Source of the DNA: Tubiluchus corallicola
Taxonomy: Eukaryota > Animalia > Priapulida
Assembly (NCBI GenBank): GCA_030141605.1
Contig: JAQGDQ010000726.1
Span: 1 to 64,000 of the forward strand
DNA: 64,000 nucleotides
Direction of reading: 5' to 3'
In this document: positions 13,677 to 26,857 of the stretch, piece by piece
Layout: every line of letters begins with the position of its first letter
Numbering within the stretch: position 1 is the stretch's first letter
Notes under the pieces: model-generated
What the model was told of the DNA's origin: nothing
What the model saw: only the letters and a program-made list of their open reading frames with translations
Databases searched by the model: none
Position numbers and translations under genes: made by a program

Positions 13677-14609
13677 TCAATCTGAATCAGGATCCGAATC
13701 CAGAGAACGTTTCTGATGAATCCCCACAAAACTTTTCAAACTACTGGGAATACTCCTGTAATCAATGTTATTAGTAGTTATGATTCTTGCACAACAACAT
13801 TTCAGCTCGAGTTTACAAGCAAGATAAGAACTCTCCATTTCATTTATAATTTCGCTCCTAATTTTAGTTAGGTCGCTAAGTGAACCAAGATGGTGCATGA
13901 GTTCTTTCAGCATCTCATGGTTAGACATTCCATCATGTCCTTCTGAATCAAGGTGCAAGCCATGCTCCAGGAACAACTTGTAAATTTGCATCAGCGCTGA
14001 ATTACACATGTGTGGTGTGTAAACACAGTTTAGGACTTTCTTAAAAAGAATGCTGAAAGCAGTTTTTCCGTCACTGGTAACTAAATTGATATCGAGGCCC
14101 CGTTGGTTTTTAAATAAAACTCCCAGAGAGCCATACAGGTCTTGCCAATTCGGTATTCTTCTAGAGTACATCTTGCTACTTAATACATTCATAACTGGAC
14201 TGTGTACAGTGCGCAGAGTTAAAACGTCAACAAAACGCGCCCCTTTATTGAGTAACAAGTTTAAAAGATTGGCTTGTTGAAGCAGAGCTGCAAATATGCC
14301 TGTTTTCTCTTCTTTACTGCTCACTCCATTTTCGTTTAGTGAATGCTGAGATGACTGACTTAGGATTCTTTCACTGTTTTCTCTTATTTGACTTGGCAAT
14401 TTTGCTGATGTTTTATTTTCAGAACTGAAAAAACACTTTACGTTACCCGTCTGGTCTTCAACCTGGATAGCCAGCAAAATTTTTACTTTAAAGTAAAAAC
14501 TGACTGCAAAATCCTGCAGGGATTTCCCATTCACATCACAAAGATTTCCTCCTGCCACTTTGTCAAAGAGCATCAACATTATTATCTTAAGTGTTTGAGT
14601 TGCGATCAC
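13677..14609 (-). CDS. Degenerate ankyrin-repeat protein with a FEM1/SOCS-like C-terminal box, probably 5'-truncated
   Basis: 310-codon ORF with ankyrin-like LLLNKGA, GLDINLVTSDGKTAF and LFLEHGLHLD. The C-terminal LELKCCCARII...Y..IPSSLKSFVGIH resembles the FEM1 tail. An in-frame stop lies just upstream, next to the duplication junction. Confidence 0.65.
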   Translation of the reverse strand: MIATQTLKIIMLMLFDKVAGGNLCDVNGKSLQDFAVSFYFKVKILLAIQVEDQTGNVKCFFSSENKTSAKLPSQIRENSERILSQSSQHSLNENGVSSKEEKTGIFAALLQQANLLNLLLNKGARFVDVLTLRTVHSPVMNVLSSKMYSRRIPNWQDLYGSLGVLFKNQRGLDINLVTSDGKTAFSILFKKVLNCVYTPHMCNSALMQIYKLFLEHGLHLDSEGHDGMSNHEMLKELMHHLGSLSDLTKIRSEIINEMESSYLACKLELKCCCARIITTNNIDYRSIPSSLKSFVGIHQKRSLDSDPDSD

Positions 14610-15139
14610 GCAAACATTTAGACCACACAGTTACTTGAAAAAAATTTCTTTCTTATATTCAGGTTTCAGCTAAATTTTAAAGATACGTTATCTGATTCAC
14701 AGCCGTTTAACAGTAAAAATACCAAATACAACAGTAATTGATGAAATTTATTCATTTTGCCTACATGTTGAATGTTGAATTTATATGTCTTTGTTTACAT
14801 GCATTTATATATATGTATATCTATTTGAATTTTGTATATTATAGTGTATAAATTTATATTACTTAATTACTATGATACATTGTTCTCTAAACTGTAGCAT
14901 TATACAAAAAGCACAAACAGTAAACATTTAACAAGGAGAATAATTCGAAATACATAACAATAAGAATTTATTTTATATAAATTTTGTTAAAAACATGTTG
15001 TACAAAATTTTAGGCAATCAAAGATATAATCTGCTTTTAGAAAGTGACACTCATAGCAGAAATGATGAGGCAATTTTTTCTTGAAAATTATAAAACAGTA
15101 CCTAAAAGTTCTTTTTTATTATTTACTTTAATTTTTTGT

Positions 15140-18100
15140 TCATTTAATCATTAAAAAACTCGTAGACAATATTGCAATTATAGAGATCGCTGTTGTGTCA
15201 TGTCCTAGAGCTCCGTCAGATGTTACAGGGGCGACAAAACCTTCGTCTCCATACGTATACCTTGAAAAAGCCTGCTCTATATCAATCCATGCTAAATAAT
15301 AGCTAATTTTTGCTCCAAAAACCGCTGAATTTTCATCATGTATTGGCTCACCGTGCTCATCCCGATGACGAAAAGTAGCGCCACTATAAATGCCAACAAC
15401 TTCCAGAGTTAGTGGGTTTAATAAAAACGGTCCACCAGAATCGCCCTACAGAAAGAATATAAATAAATAATAAATAAATATTATATATGTGCTTATATTT
15501 ACGTATTTACGCATGCAGACACTACACACTTATATTAGTCGTATATTAGTGTCATATTATACAGTCATATTAGTGTGTATGTGTATGCACACACTCACTG
15601 CTTCATATGAGTATGTGTGTGCGTGTGTGTGTACATTATGCCGATCATTTTTTATAAACATGTCCCCACTTTCTTCACATTAGAGAAACGTACCTGTCCA
15701 ATGTTGCACCTAATTTCACACGTATTTTTAGTGAAATTTCACTTTTTTAATACAAAGCGAGTTTATTGGTAGTTTGTATTATACCTTATTGTTTTCAGAA
15801 ATTTATTTGGGGTTTGTTTGCTGTTTTTAGAAAACTTAACGAGTCTTATTATGCTGAAGGTGTTGAGTAGTAGCAAAGGCACATTTTGCACATCAATGCA
15901 TTAATAATCAATAAGATGCGAACATCCTACACAGTGTTCATTTATAAATATTTATCTAACGCAAACCCTGAAGCAGCTTTTGCTGATGCAAAGTTAAAGC
16001 CTGAATACAAGAGAATGAGGCTAGAACCATGTAAACGTGTAGCTTGTAAGCGAAAATTGCCCAAAATGGAACCTCCAATTAACTCGTTACCACTCCTCTT
16101 GGTGAAAGTGCGCAAACATGTGACCGACATTATCGTGTAGCCCTGTTAATTGTCTTTCCAAAGAACTAAATATATGTATATCCCAATATCCCACCATGCA
16201 CTGCGATAACTTTTTCTTGCAGGCTGCTTGGTTAAGATTTAAAAAAATCGAACGGCGTGTCCAAAAAAACGCCCTTGTGCGTGAAATCGTGGCCCTCCTG
16301 CGAGTTCTAGCTATGACACCCGACGTTTAACGGGCTACCCAACCATTTTCGACTACCAAAAATACGACACATTCCTGATCTAGAGAAATATAGTTATAAG
16401 TTTTGCCAAAAAACGGACAAAAAGGGCCATTTGGGTGGGTGGGTGTTCGCCCTAGGGACCCAATTCGAACAAAGACTGGCGGCTCCAATGAGATGAGACG
16501 ACACTAGTTGAGGTTCTTTCATCTGATATACAGATGATGGTGCTGAAAATGGAGCGGTAGCCTCGAGTCTTATATATACATGCATAGGTTCAATTGCAGG
16601 TTCAATTATCTGGCTAATTATTGACTCCAGATAGCAGCTGCCCAGAATTTTTTCAGCAAAACTACACTTGCCCTTCAGAATTGGCCAGGAATAATTTTGC
16701 AAATGTTTGTTGTTGTATTTTTTTTCAGTAACAGAAACAAAATTGCTGCCGTTATTGTTGTCGCTTTTTACTTCAGTAATAGAGACTAAATCACTGCCAT
16801 GCTTCTTGTATTTCAGTAGTAAAGACAACATTACTACCATGTTTTTCAATAATATTTTAATCCAGTAAAATCTTAGGATTGTAAGTACATCTGGTATGTC
16901 TTTCCCTCAACAAACTAATGTCACTTTACCCACAAATAATGTAAATTACCCAATGAGATCAAATTTAGTGAACTAAAATTTCTCATTTTGCTGAATCTTA
17001 CGCCATTCATGTGTTTTATAAGAATTAGTCTACCATGGTTCTTACTTACTGGGCCACCAATACGTCCTCGTTGATATGCACAGATGAAAAGCCTTGGGTC
17101 ATAAATGCTGCAATGACCCCGATCAGTAACTACGAAGTAAGCCTTCTTCAAACGATTTGGTACTTCGTTTGGTCTGTCTGAAATATTTGTATTGGTGTCA
17201 GCTACATTTCCCTACTGCTAATGTAGTTCAATTCAATCTGCCTAATAGAGTACGACTAATAAAAGCAGCAAATGTGAAGACAATACAGCTCTCTGTGAAT
17301 CATAACACCTGGAGGATGACAAATTCTACAGCTCTAAAATTAGTTTTCACAAGAATTTTATCTATTTGATTAATTTCAATTCTTTGAATAGTGAAATTAT
17401 AAGAAACATTGCATACCACTCCATATAGCTGTTCCCCATCCCACAAGAGTAATTACTCGGTTTATGTAACTAATTCTGTCAGATATAGGCAGTTTTGCAG
17501 GTCGAATATGTTCGCTGAACTCAACAAGTATGTTTAATCGCAGAAAAGCAATATCATTGTCACGCCCATCAAATCCTTCGTGAATTTTGTAATGGTGAAC
17601 CTGCAATAACAAAAACAACTAAAATGGACACTTGCATATATTTCAATCTAGCCTGTCATTAGATATCAGAAAAAATCACTAAATATCAAATCCAGGCCTG
17701 CAAAAGTGACTGCAACGAAATTGGGGAAAGAGGTGCAAAAACATCCTTCATTAAACTGCAGTTCGGTGCTTCACCAGAGGAGAGGGGTTCGGACTTGCAG
17801 GGACAAACAATTGCGGGGCTAATAATTATCTCCATGAGTTAAAACATAAACAATAAAGCACTGTTGAAATGAATCAAAGCCACGGGAAATGAAAACCGGA
17901 AATCTCTGTAAGTGATTTTGTAAGAGTAAAAACAACAAGTAAAGAAACCTAAACCCTATCACAACTTAACCTGTGAAATACAAAATTATTTGCATTGTTT
18001 GTATGCCTTAGAGTAACTAATATCAATTTAAAGATGTGCAGAATTTTCTAGAGGACTAAAAAAACAGAGAAGTAATGAGAAAATTGGCCCGAAAGAAAGT

Positions 18101-21100
18101 CAACACGACATGACTGCAGTTGTCACTTCAAAGTACAGCAAGTGTAGTCCGTCTCTGTAATATTATAACATTCCCATTATTATAACTTGCACACACGTAA
18201 AAGTCAGAATGAAAACTAATCAGATAGAAACAAAGGGTGTGTAAATTCTTGCGCATGAGAGATGAGATATATGTAGAAATTAGTTTAATGTAAATCTGAG
18301 GATTACTTCCAACTGAAACGTTCTCAAGGTTACAAGGAAAAATGTTAACATCATGCTATATATGGTGTTGACAGCCACATATTTCAACAAATGACATCAA
18401 GATATTACTAAATCTTTTATATTATAGTATGTGATGGAGAAGATAAAACTTACATAGCGTTCTTTTCTTAGTTGATTTAAATAGATGCTTCCAAGTAATA
18501 CCCTAATGTGTCGCCCTGCTGCTATGCCACTGCAAAAGAATTATAACTGCATGTAAGCAATGTTAGCCTCATATTTTAAATGCTTCAATTCAACTACAAT
18601 TGCATCTTAGATTTCTTACTCTGAAAAACGATAAAGCCTGAATTGTTACAAGTAATAAAATTAGTAGCTGAAAACACCTTGTACAAAAGCGACCTCTAGA
18701 ATATTGATTACTGGAGGAAGCAGTATGATGTACACACACTTGTGTACACGTCTCTGGTATTTTTGTGTGACTTTAATTGCTGTTATGCAAATGGTAACAG
18801 AAATAAAAATCTATACAAATTTATATGAAAAGACTGTCTGCAGATATACATTTTATTTTAAGCACTATGTAGTACACACCACCTTATAGCATGAATACTT
18901 ACTCTTTAAAAGCGTGAGCTACTGTTAGAACATGTCTGTCATCGATAAGCACTCCTCCAGCAACAACGCGAACATCAGGCTTCTCAGGCAAAGGAGGACG
19001 AAGTATCCTAACCTTCAATAATGCATAATTGTTACTACACATTGAGAGCTTACGGGTTGCATTTCAGCACCAACAAAAGACGTTAAATTAACCCCTTACT
19101 GATGGGTACATGCATTTACCAATTATCTGTGACGGGCAAAAACAGTGCCTTATTAACTTTCGGCTCCCCAAATTCAACAAAGTTTGGAAAAGAAACGACT
19201 AACGTACAAGTAAATTATATCTAAACAAAATAAGTTCATTTCCTTTCTTCCTTTTCTAAATTTTTGCAGCACCCGGGAGTGCGTTCACAGAATGTAACAA
19301 CAGCTTGTGTTGTTCAGTTTTTTAAGCTGACTTGGTGTTTCTTTTGCATAATCAACTCACAGCCAATCCTTAAAGCTTATCAGCAATTGAAATGCCTAGA
19401 AACTATAAGTTCATTACCTTATAACCAGCATGCATTTATTTTTGGTATGTTATTACATGAAAAATTGCATGCATTGTATGTGTTTTTTTTTTAAATTTGG
19501 AAAGATTTCATGGTATGATCAGACTAGAATTACAGTTAATTTCGCTGAATCGGACATTAACCTAATTGTTACTGTTCCATTCTGTACTTTTCACCTGATA
19601 GCTGTCAGACTTTGTCTTTCCAACAGTGAAAAATCCATTGCCATTTCAGAACCTGAATGATCCAGCAAGTAAATAAATGTGCACTGTAATTATATATCGA
19701 GCTACTTACTGGGGATCCTGGCTGTCACTTCAACAGTGCACTGGACCGTCGTTATAATTAGCTGCATCCAGCCTAGGACAGACCCAAATGTAACTGTTAC
19801 ATTCTGGTACACAAGTTCCATAGTACCCTTATGATGGGGGATGTCAAAACTAAACAAATATTCGACGTCGTGAAGGAGATGCAAAGTAAGAAATCTTGAC
19901 TCTGTTGTTCAAAATCGTAATTTAATTTTTGTCTTTAGAACTTCTCAATGCACTTTGTGAAACCACAAAAAAGTGGTTTATTGCAGTAGTAACTACACTA
20001 TTGTCATCACTTTAACCCGAACAATTTGATTATAAAAAAATAACCTTTGTTGCTCCTGCCCAAGAAAATTGGTCAGACCGTGAACAAAAATACAGCCTTG
20101 CCAGCTTTAGATCCTGAGTATGTGTTACCATTCTAGCATCATGTTAAAATTGAAAAATGAAGTAAAATAGAAAAAGTGGAAAAAGCTACTTTTTGAACAA
20201 CAACAAAAACACACCATGAAAGGAAATTCCCCTTCTTCTGCATTTTCTCCACCATGAAGTCTAGGTTCAGCCGACAACTCTGTAACAAGTGTTGTAGTTT
20301 ACTTATAAATAAATGGCGAAAAAGCAAATTTGTGCTTTCCAGTATCATTACATTTTGTAAATAAGTCATTAATTTCACATCCGTGAAGCCACATTAGTTA
20401 ATATTTGTTCCAGATTGCAAGGTTTATAATGTACTCAATCCAAGTTGCAAGGTTTATAATATACTTAATCCAAGTTGCAAGGTTTATAATATACTTAATC
20501 CAAGTTGCAAGGTTTATAATAAACTTAATCCAAGTTGCAAGGTTTATAAGATACTTAATCCAAGTTGCAAGGTTTATAATATACTCAATTCAAGTTGCAA
20601 GGTTTATAATGTACTCAATCCAAGTTGCAAGGTTTATAATATACTTAATTCAAGTTGCAAGGTTTATAATAAACCCAATCGAAGTTGCAAGGTTTATAAT
20701 ATACTTAATCCAAGTTGCAAGGTTCATAATGTACTCAATCCAAGTTGCAAGGTTGATAATATATTCAATCCAAGTTGCAAGGTTTATAATATACTTAATC
20801 CAAGTTGCAAGGTTTATAATATACTTAATCCAAGTTGCAAGGTTCATAATGTACTCAATCCAAGTTGCAAGGTTGATAATATACTCAATCAAGACATTTT
20901 CTGCTTTGACAACACTTTAATGATGTCTTGTCTTCTCATCCATATGAGATGATTAGAGTAAAATGATGGAGAAATGTTTCATTTCGCAATTTTAATGCAA
21001 ATTTAAGGTAAGGTTAAGATTAATTGTTGCAATTCTAACTATGTCTAACCTGTTTCATTTGAACCTGGGGTAATCGCGGAAGATGAAACTGCTACAGACA

Positions 21101-21188
21101 GACATGTGTCAATGCAGATCCAAGTTGTAAACAAGAACAAAAGTGTAGTCGCAAGACAAAGTTCTCTAGGTGCTAATGAATGAAATTG
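15140..21188 (-). CDS. Trypsin-like (S1A) serine protease, copy B, predicted secreted and GPI-anchored; start codon not located
   Basis: Exons 21188-21050, 20279-20215, 19012-18903 (VLTVAHA), 18529-18454, 17600-17417 (DNDIAFLRL), 17177-17050 (IGGP), 15445-15140 (GDSGGP). Exon lengths are identical to copy A and there are no stops. Confidence 0.92.
15915..16300. mobile_element. Old interspersed repeat, homologous to 33390-33740
   Basis: Shared blocks in the same order: gcgaacatcctaca, taacgcaaa, ctccaat-aactcg, ctcctcttgg, caggctg. Confidence 0.7.
20405..20892. repeat. 30-bp intronic minisatellite, about 16 copies
   Basis: Same unit as 7725-7938; it produces the spurious [10 protein letters not shown] repeat ORF. 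Confidence 0.95.
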
Positions 21189-22671
21189 CTGAAAAATGTT
21201 AATGTCAAAGAGTAAACGATACAATAGTAGTTGTACTTGATGATCTAAAGAATGTCAAAAAATAGCAACAATTACTACTTTTAATTATTGTAGAATTTTA
21301 CTGCCATCTTAAAAATTGTGCTTGTGAAATACTGAAGGTCTTACAGTACTCGTGCTGTTCTCTTTCAGGTTTCGTTGCTCAGTTTAATTTAGTTTGTTGT
21401 CATAAAAATATTTATAAATATGCAAACTTATTAAAACTGGTAAATGAAAATGAAATGATGAACATTCGACATAAAAATAAATACGTTTCTGAACAAAAAA
21501 AATACGTCAATTTTATCATACAAACCCATTAAGCCAGACTTATAGGAGCAAATAAAATGATCCAATAATATAAAATCAATATAAAAAAGTTACAGTATTA
21601 ATTTTATTTTATTTTTAAAAACACTGCCTGCAATTTAGTTACTCTGATATCAAATGCCAAGTTATTCCAAAAATAGGGCCCTCATAAACGATAAAATTTT
21701 TGATAAAACCACAGTTCTTATTTTCGGAATATAAGTAATGATGCAGGTGGTGTATGGATGGTTTTATAAATACAAGTGCCTTTGGTGATTGAGCATAAAC
21801 ATCAAATTATTAAACTCGCGTGTTGAATAAAGTAGTATGAAGTCCAATGTAACATTAGCATGATCGCGTAGCTTTATTGTAGCACATACATGTAGCAATA
21901 ATATGTCTTGACATACAGCTGAAATATTGCAGAGAGAAGTTATACAGGAACACAAGAGTAAAGTTCAGAGTCTCCATGGTCAGCTGCCTTCTTTCAGACC
22001 TTTATGTACAGATTCCAGTTCCTAAATTGATGTAGACTATTTTAGTCAATGTTACAGAATTATAGATAACTTTCCCGAGCAATGGACGTGTGCTGATCTG
22101 TCACCATGATAATGTCTCCTGTTGGCTGAGCAAGTTCAACTGAATATTGACTGGTCCAGTTGGAGTCACATTTTGTTCTTGAAATGATAAAGCGACACAC
22201 ATTCTCACAAACTCCCTCACTGTAACTGGTTACAGCACGTAAATAAATGAAAAACGGGGAAATATTGGTACTAGTAAGTTTCGTACAGCTAGGTAAATTT
22301 TGTCCTGGTAATTTTGGTACGAGGAAATTTTAGAAGCAGAAAAAGTTGCTAACGCACCAATCCATTTAAGAGAACGAAAGCTGGTAGCCCCTTGCTTGAT
22401 TGGTGATCAAATCTAGCATAACTGAATGTCAGAAGATATGTTTGTATTGGCCAAGTTTAATATTCCTTTCGTGATTATATTTTTGATATAATAAATGATT
22501 AATTCATGTTTGGGCAGTAAGACAGCAATACGAATTTTGGAAATAATTATGATGATAATGACGATGTTAACAACGTATGGTGGTGCTGATGGTGATGACG
22601 ATGACAATGATGATGATGATTGAAGTAGTCGTTGTGGTGGTGGTGGTGGAGATATCTTGCTCGCATACCTA

Positions 22672-23525
22672 AAGGTTTGCCTGGTACATGCCCTGGATTC
22701 AAGTCACAGCGTCCCATGAAAGCCAGGCCACAACCTCGCCTGTACTGGGCCAGCAATCTTAACTATAGTACGAGTAGGAAGCGGCAAGCCATCACTGGCC
22801 CTGTTAAGGTGTGCCTGTACATGCCCTGAATTCAAGTCACACCGCCACACAAAAGCCAGGCCACAACCTCGCCAGTACTGGGCTAGCAATGTTTACTAAA
22901 TTATGACTAGGAAGTGGCATGCCATCACTGGCCCTGTTAAGATTTGCCTGTACATGGCCTGAATTCAAGTCACACCGCCACACAAAAGCCAGGCCACAAC
23001 CTCGCCAGTACTGGGCTAGCAATGTTAACTAAATTATGACTAGGAAGTGGCATGCCAACACTGGCCCTGTTAAGGTTTGCCTGTACATGACCTGAATTCA
23101 AGTCACACCGCCACACAAAAGCCAGGCCACAACCTCGCCAGTACTGGGCTAGCAATGTTAACTAAATTATGACTAGGAAGTGGCATGCCATCACTGGCCC
23201 TGTTAAGGTTTGCCTGTACATGGCCTGAATTCAAGTCACACCGCCACACAAAAGCCAGGCCACAACCTCGCCAGTACTGGGCTAGCAATGTTAACTAAAT
23301 TATGACTAGGAAGTGGCATGCCATCACTGGCCCTGTTAAGGTGTGCCTGTACATGCCCTTGATTCAGCAACCTCGCCTGTACTGGGCCAGAAAACTTAAC
23401 TATATTATTATTAGGAAGTGGCATGCCATCACTGGCACTGTTAAGGTGTGCCTGTACATGGCCTTGATTAAGCAAAAACTCGCCAGTACTGGGACAGCAA
23501 TGTTATCATTGGCAAAGTTTGCCTT
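22672..23525. repeat. 133-bp tandem repeat, about 5 full and 2 shortened units, upstream of protease B
   Basis: aagg(t/g)tgcctgtacatg-like starts at about 22672, 22806, 22939, 23072, 23205, 23338 and 23443. Confidence 0.92.
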
Positions 23526-24372
23526 TATGCTGGAATTGGCCCATGAAATCGGCCAATACTGGGCAACTATTGACATCACAAAATAATGTAATTTTAAACA
23601 GCAAAAATCTTATGCTAGAGGAAAAATTAAAGTACAGTGCTACTGTAAGTTATTCAACATGTTGTACAAAAGCTAGGCATGTTCTTGGATAAAAAATCAA
23701 ATTTCAAAAGTACCACAGTGCTCACGCATAAGCAGTCTAATGTGCCTAGTTCGATAGAAACTAACACATCTGAACTGAGAGGTACAGCTCCTGTTTCTGT
23801 GTAATGTGTTTCCGAAATTGCATTCGCTAGTCCCCGTCTAAGTAACGAATGGCGAAATACGTGTAATATCGAAAAACTAGTGGCGCGAATTCAAAATTGT
23901 GTTTGTGTGTTAATAATTCTTTCACATAATTCATTTTTGGAAAATTGTATGTTTCTTAAGACTTTGAAAAGTAGATTGTTGTGACATACAGTTTAATATT
24001 AGGTTCAGTTTTGCTTTAAGCAGTAATAGACGCCAGTTGTCATCTGTTCATTATTTTTTATTATTTAAAATAATTTAACAAAAACTAACCATTGTCATCT
24101 GAGCAGTTATTAATGAGACTGGTGTAGGTAAACGTGTCAAACCAAAAACCGCGTATTCCCCACTGAAAAAGCTGTAGCCAATGGATATATTTAAGCACAC
24201 AGTCTTAACAGCATTTCTAAAAATAGAAAAATTTAGGAAGTTGTAAATGCAGTACGAGTTTTTGTAGAACACACATCAGCAAAATGTTTGTTATTATCAC
24301 ATATCCAAGTTCTAGAACGAACAAAAAATTCGAAGTTAACACGCGCTTGTGAAGAATTGTTCTAAAACTTTT

Positions 24373-25400
24373 CATTGTCTTTCCAGTGCAAAGTGCATCA
24401 CAACAAGTACCGCCATCTCTAAGCATTCTATGAATGCAACAAGGATGGTATAGTTCACTGCTGTGGAAGTACTTGTAATTTTTACAAACATACGGACAGG
24501 TAACCAATTTTAGAGTAAAAGTACTATCCTTTTACATTTTTTAATTAATATGATGTTCTTTTCCTTTCGGAAAATAAAAAAAACCAGAGTGACACGATGC
24601 TGTGAGCATCTGTTTTAGACGAGTGTAGCTATAATAGCTGTGTGTACTAGGACAAAAGGCTGTTAGAAAAGTACTAGATATGACTTTCAAACTCCTAATT
24701 ACTGGTTGGTGGCTTAACCCTTTATAAAGGAAAGAAATTGTGTACTTCTGTTTTGTCATAAAATGGTTTTATCATAAGATATTTGAAATAAAAAAAGTAA
24801 TTTAGAGTACATGTTTAGCAGTAACTAATATTATTTTTCTCATTAATGGTAACTTTATCTGATATGTTAAATATCTCCTCCAGGGACGGAGTCAAATTTT
24901 GCTATTGCATTACAAGGGTCCATGGCTTCTTACAAGTATAGAATGATGTTCTTTGTTTTACATTGTTGCATCACATATTTACGATAATAGATTCCATAGT
25001 TTCGTTTTTGTTAACTCCTTGAGGACCGCTAGGTTCAAAATACGTCTCCAAAAATTACCCAGATAATTTTCAGATTAGCATTAGTACTAGTTGTTATATT
25101 ACTGAGACAGCAAGTAAGAGTATTCAGAGATATGCAAAATATATGCAAATTACTGTAATTCATCAATTTGCCGAATCTGGGTCAGAGGATTTATGGATAA
25201 GGATCTTGTTCAAGATGTCTTCAGATCTTTAACTACCTCATTGGCGTTCTAAGAATGAAACGTTCTGAAATGAGCTCGACATATCCCTGTGGTCCAACTA
25301 AATAATTTATTGTTACCAGATATATCCCTTATCAGTGAGGCAGTTCTGGCAATAGCAGTTTTCATCACACATATGAGGAGTGGGGTTTAGACTCAAAACG
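24373..25400 (-). pseudogene. Possible heavily degraded LRR-containing GPCR (LGR/RXFP-like)
   Basis: Fragments in shifting frames in the expected order: DISGNNKL and LSINPLTQI (LRR-like), TCCL (hinge), KIIWVIFG (TM1-like), PCNAIA (TM3-like), IVLLL*NWLPV (TM6-like). Many stops and frameshifts. Confidence 0.35.
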
Positions 25401-26857
25401 TACTTATTATATGATATGCACTTAGGGAGTCCTGTTGTAATTTCATTTGCCTCATGTGAGTTTTCCTTTTTTCTTTTTTTTTCTCATCTGGTAACTTGCA
25501 GTGGTGGTTTGAAACTTCACATAATTTTATTGTTAATTTCAATCAACTGATTCATATCTGATAAGTTTTCCTTTCAATGGTGCAATTAAATTAAATCTGT
25601 AAAAATTTCAACAATACTAATTATGATAATAGTTTACACATTGCAAATAAACAAACTATCATTTAAGAAATCGGTACACTAACTCTATTCAAAGCTGCAC
25701 TTTTTCTAATTAAGTTAGATAGTTAACTAGGCAATTAAAGTAGTTAATTAGTCAGTCGGTCAGTTCATTATTCTGGTACAGTTATAGCATGCACTTCCTT
25801 TGAAACGCTATAAAACATTATCATAACAATGACTGACCTGCACATTTTCAAAATATCTAAAAAATTTACTTTTAAATATTGTCCATGTTGCTGCAAAAAA
25901 TTACCCCACGTATCACACAACATTTTGTTAGACTGAGAGAAATGCTAACTTGTATGCCAAAGGAAATACATGTTAATGAAATATTTCCCAATACTGAACA
26001 TAGATGTTAAATATGAACTGGAAATTCTTAAACAAATTTCAACCATGTCCACACACATTTATATATTCTGTTTCTTATTACTATGTTCAAAAATGTCATA
26101 AAAAACTCGATTGGGCGCATTAGATGTAAGCAGTAATGTGTGCACCAAACAAAATTAAAAATATAAATAATTATTATCAAATTAACAACTGCAGATGAAG
26201 GCCTGCACGGGATAGGCTTAAGCATCGAACATTCAAACTCAAACGAGTTTTTCTAGTTGGAAATCATAGACTAAAATAATAGATGCAGCACGTCAAATAA
26301 ATGCAGCTTCGTCACTAAAACTTTTGTAACATCATGCTATCAGAACATTTAGTTGTAGTTTCAATGCACAATTTTCAATGTTCTATTGCAGATTAAAACC
26401 GAATAATACATAATTGCCGTCCTTTTTGTATGACCGAATTTTCTTAATTATTCGAAAATCTTGAAAATGGAAATTTGTTTTGATTGGAGTTCGAAAGTCA
26501 TAGATTCGATTTGTTTCAAATTCAGTTTCTGGAAGAGGATCTTTGGTCTTGCTGTTCATCGCACAGGATAGATGCAAACTTCTCATGATGCGTGTTAGTA
26601 AAATGCAGTTTCAAATTGTTTCCATGTACCTTAGTATTATTAACTTCATAAAATATTTTGTTATCACATTCCATTACAAGGTGTTTCATAATTGAGTTTT
26701 GAAATTTCTTTTTTTTTCGAAAAAAATTTGCTCATTCGACTTTTCAGTAGACTTGAGAGTTATGAAGCCATTAATTTTGTCATGCTACCAAGACCTCCGT
26801 GCATGCACATGCGCAGTTACGCACAAAAACAACCAGATATCTATGTGCACATCATGC

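Larger units (their letters stand above)
14643..24492. repeat. Segmental duplication unit B
   Basis: Colinear with 2622-10933; longer because of minisatellite expansions and extra last-intron sequence. Confidence 0.95.

Noticed and set aside
20405-20920. 171-aa repeat protein ([10 protein letters not shown])n
   Set aside because: A 30-bp minisatellite inside a protease intron, with different copy number in the paralog.
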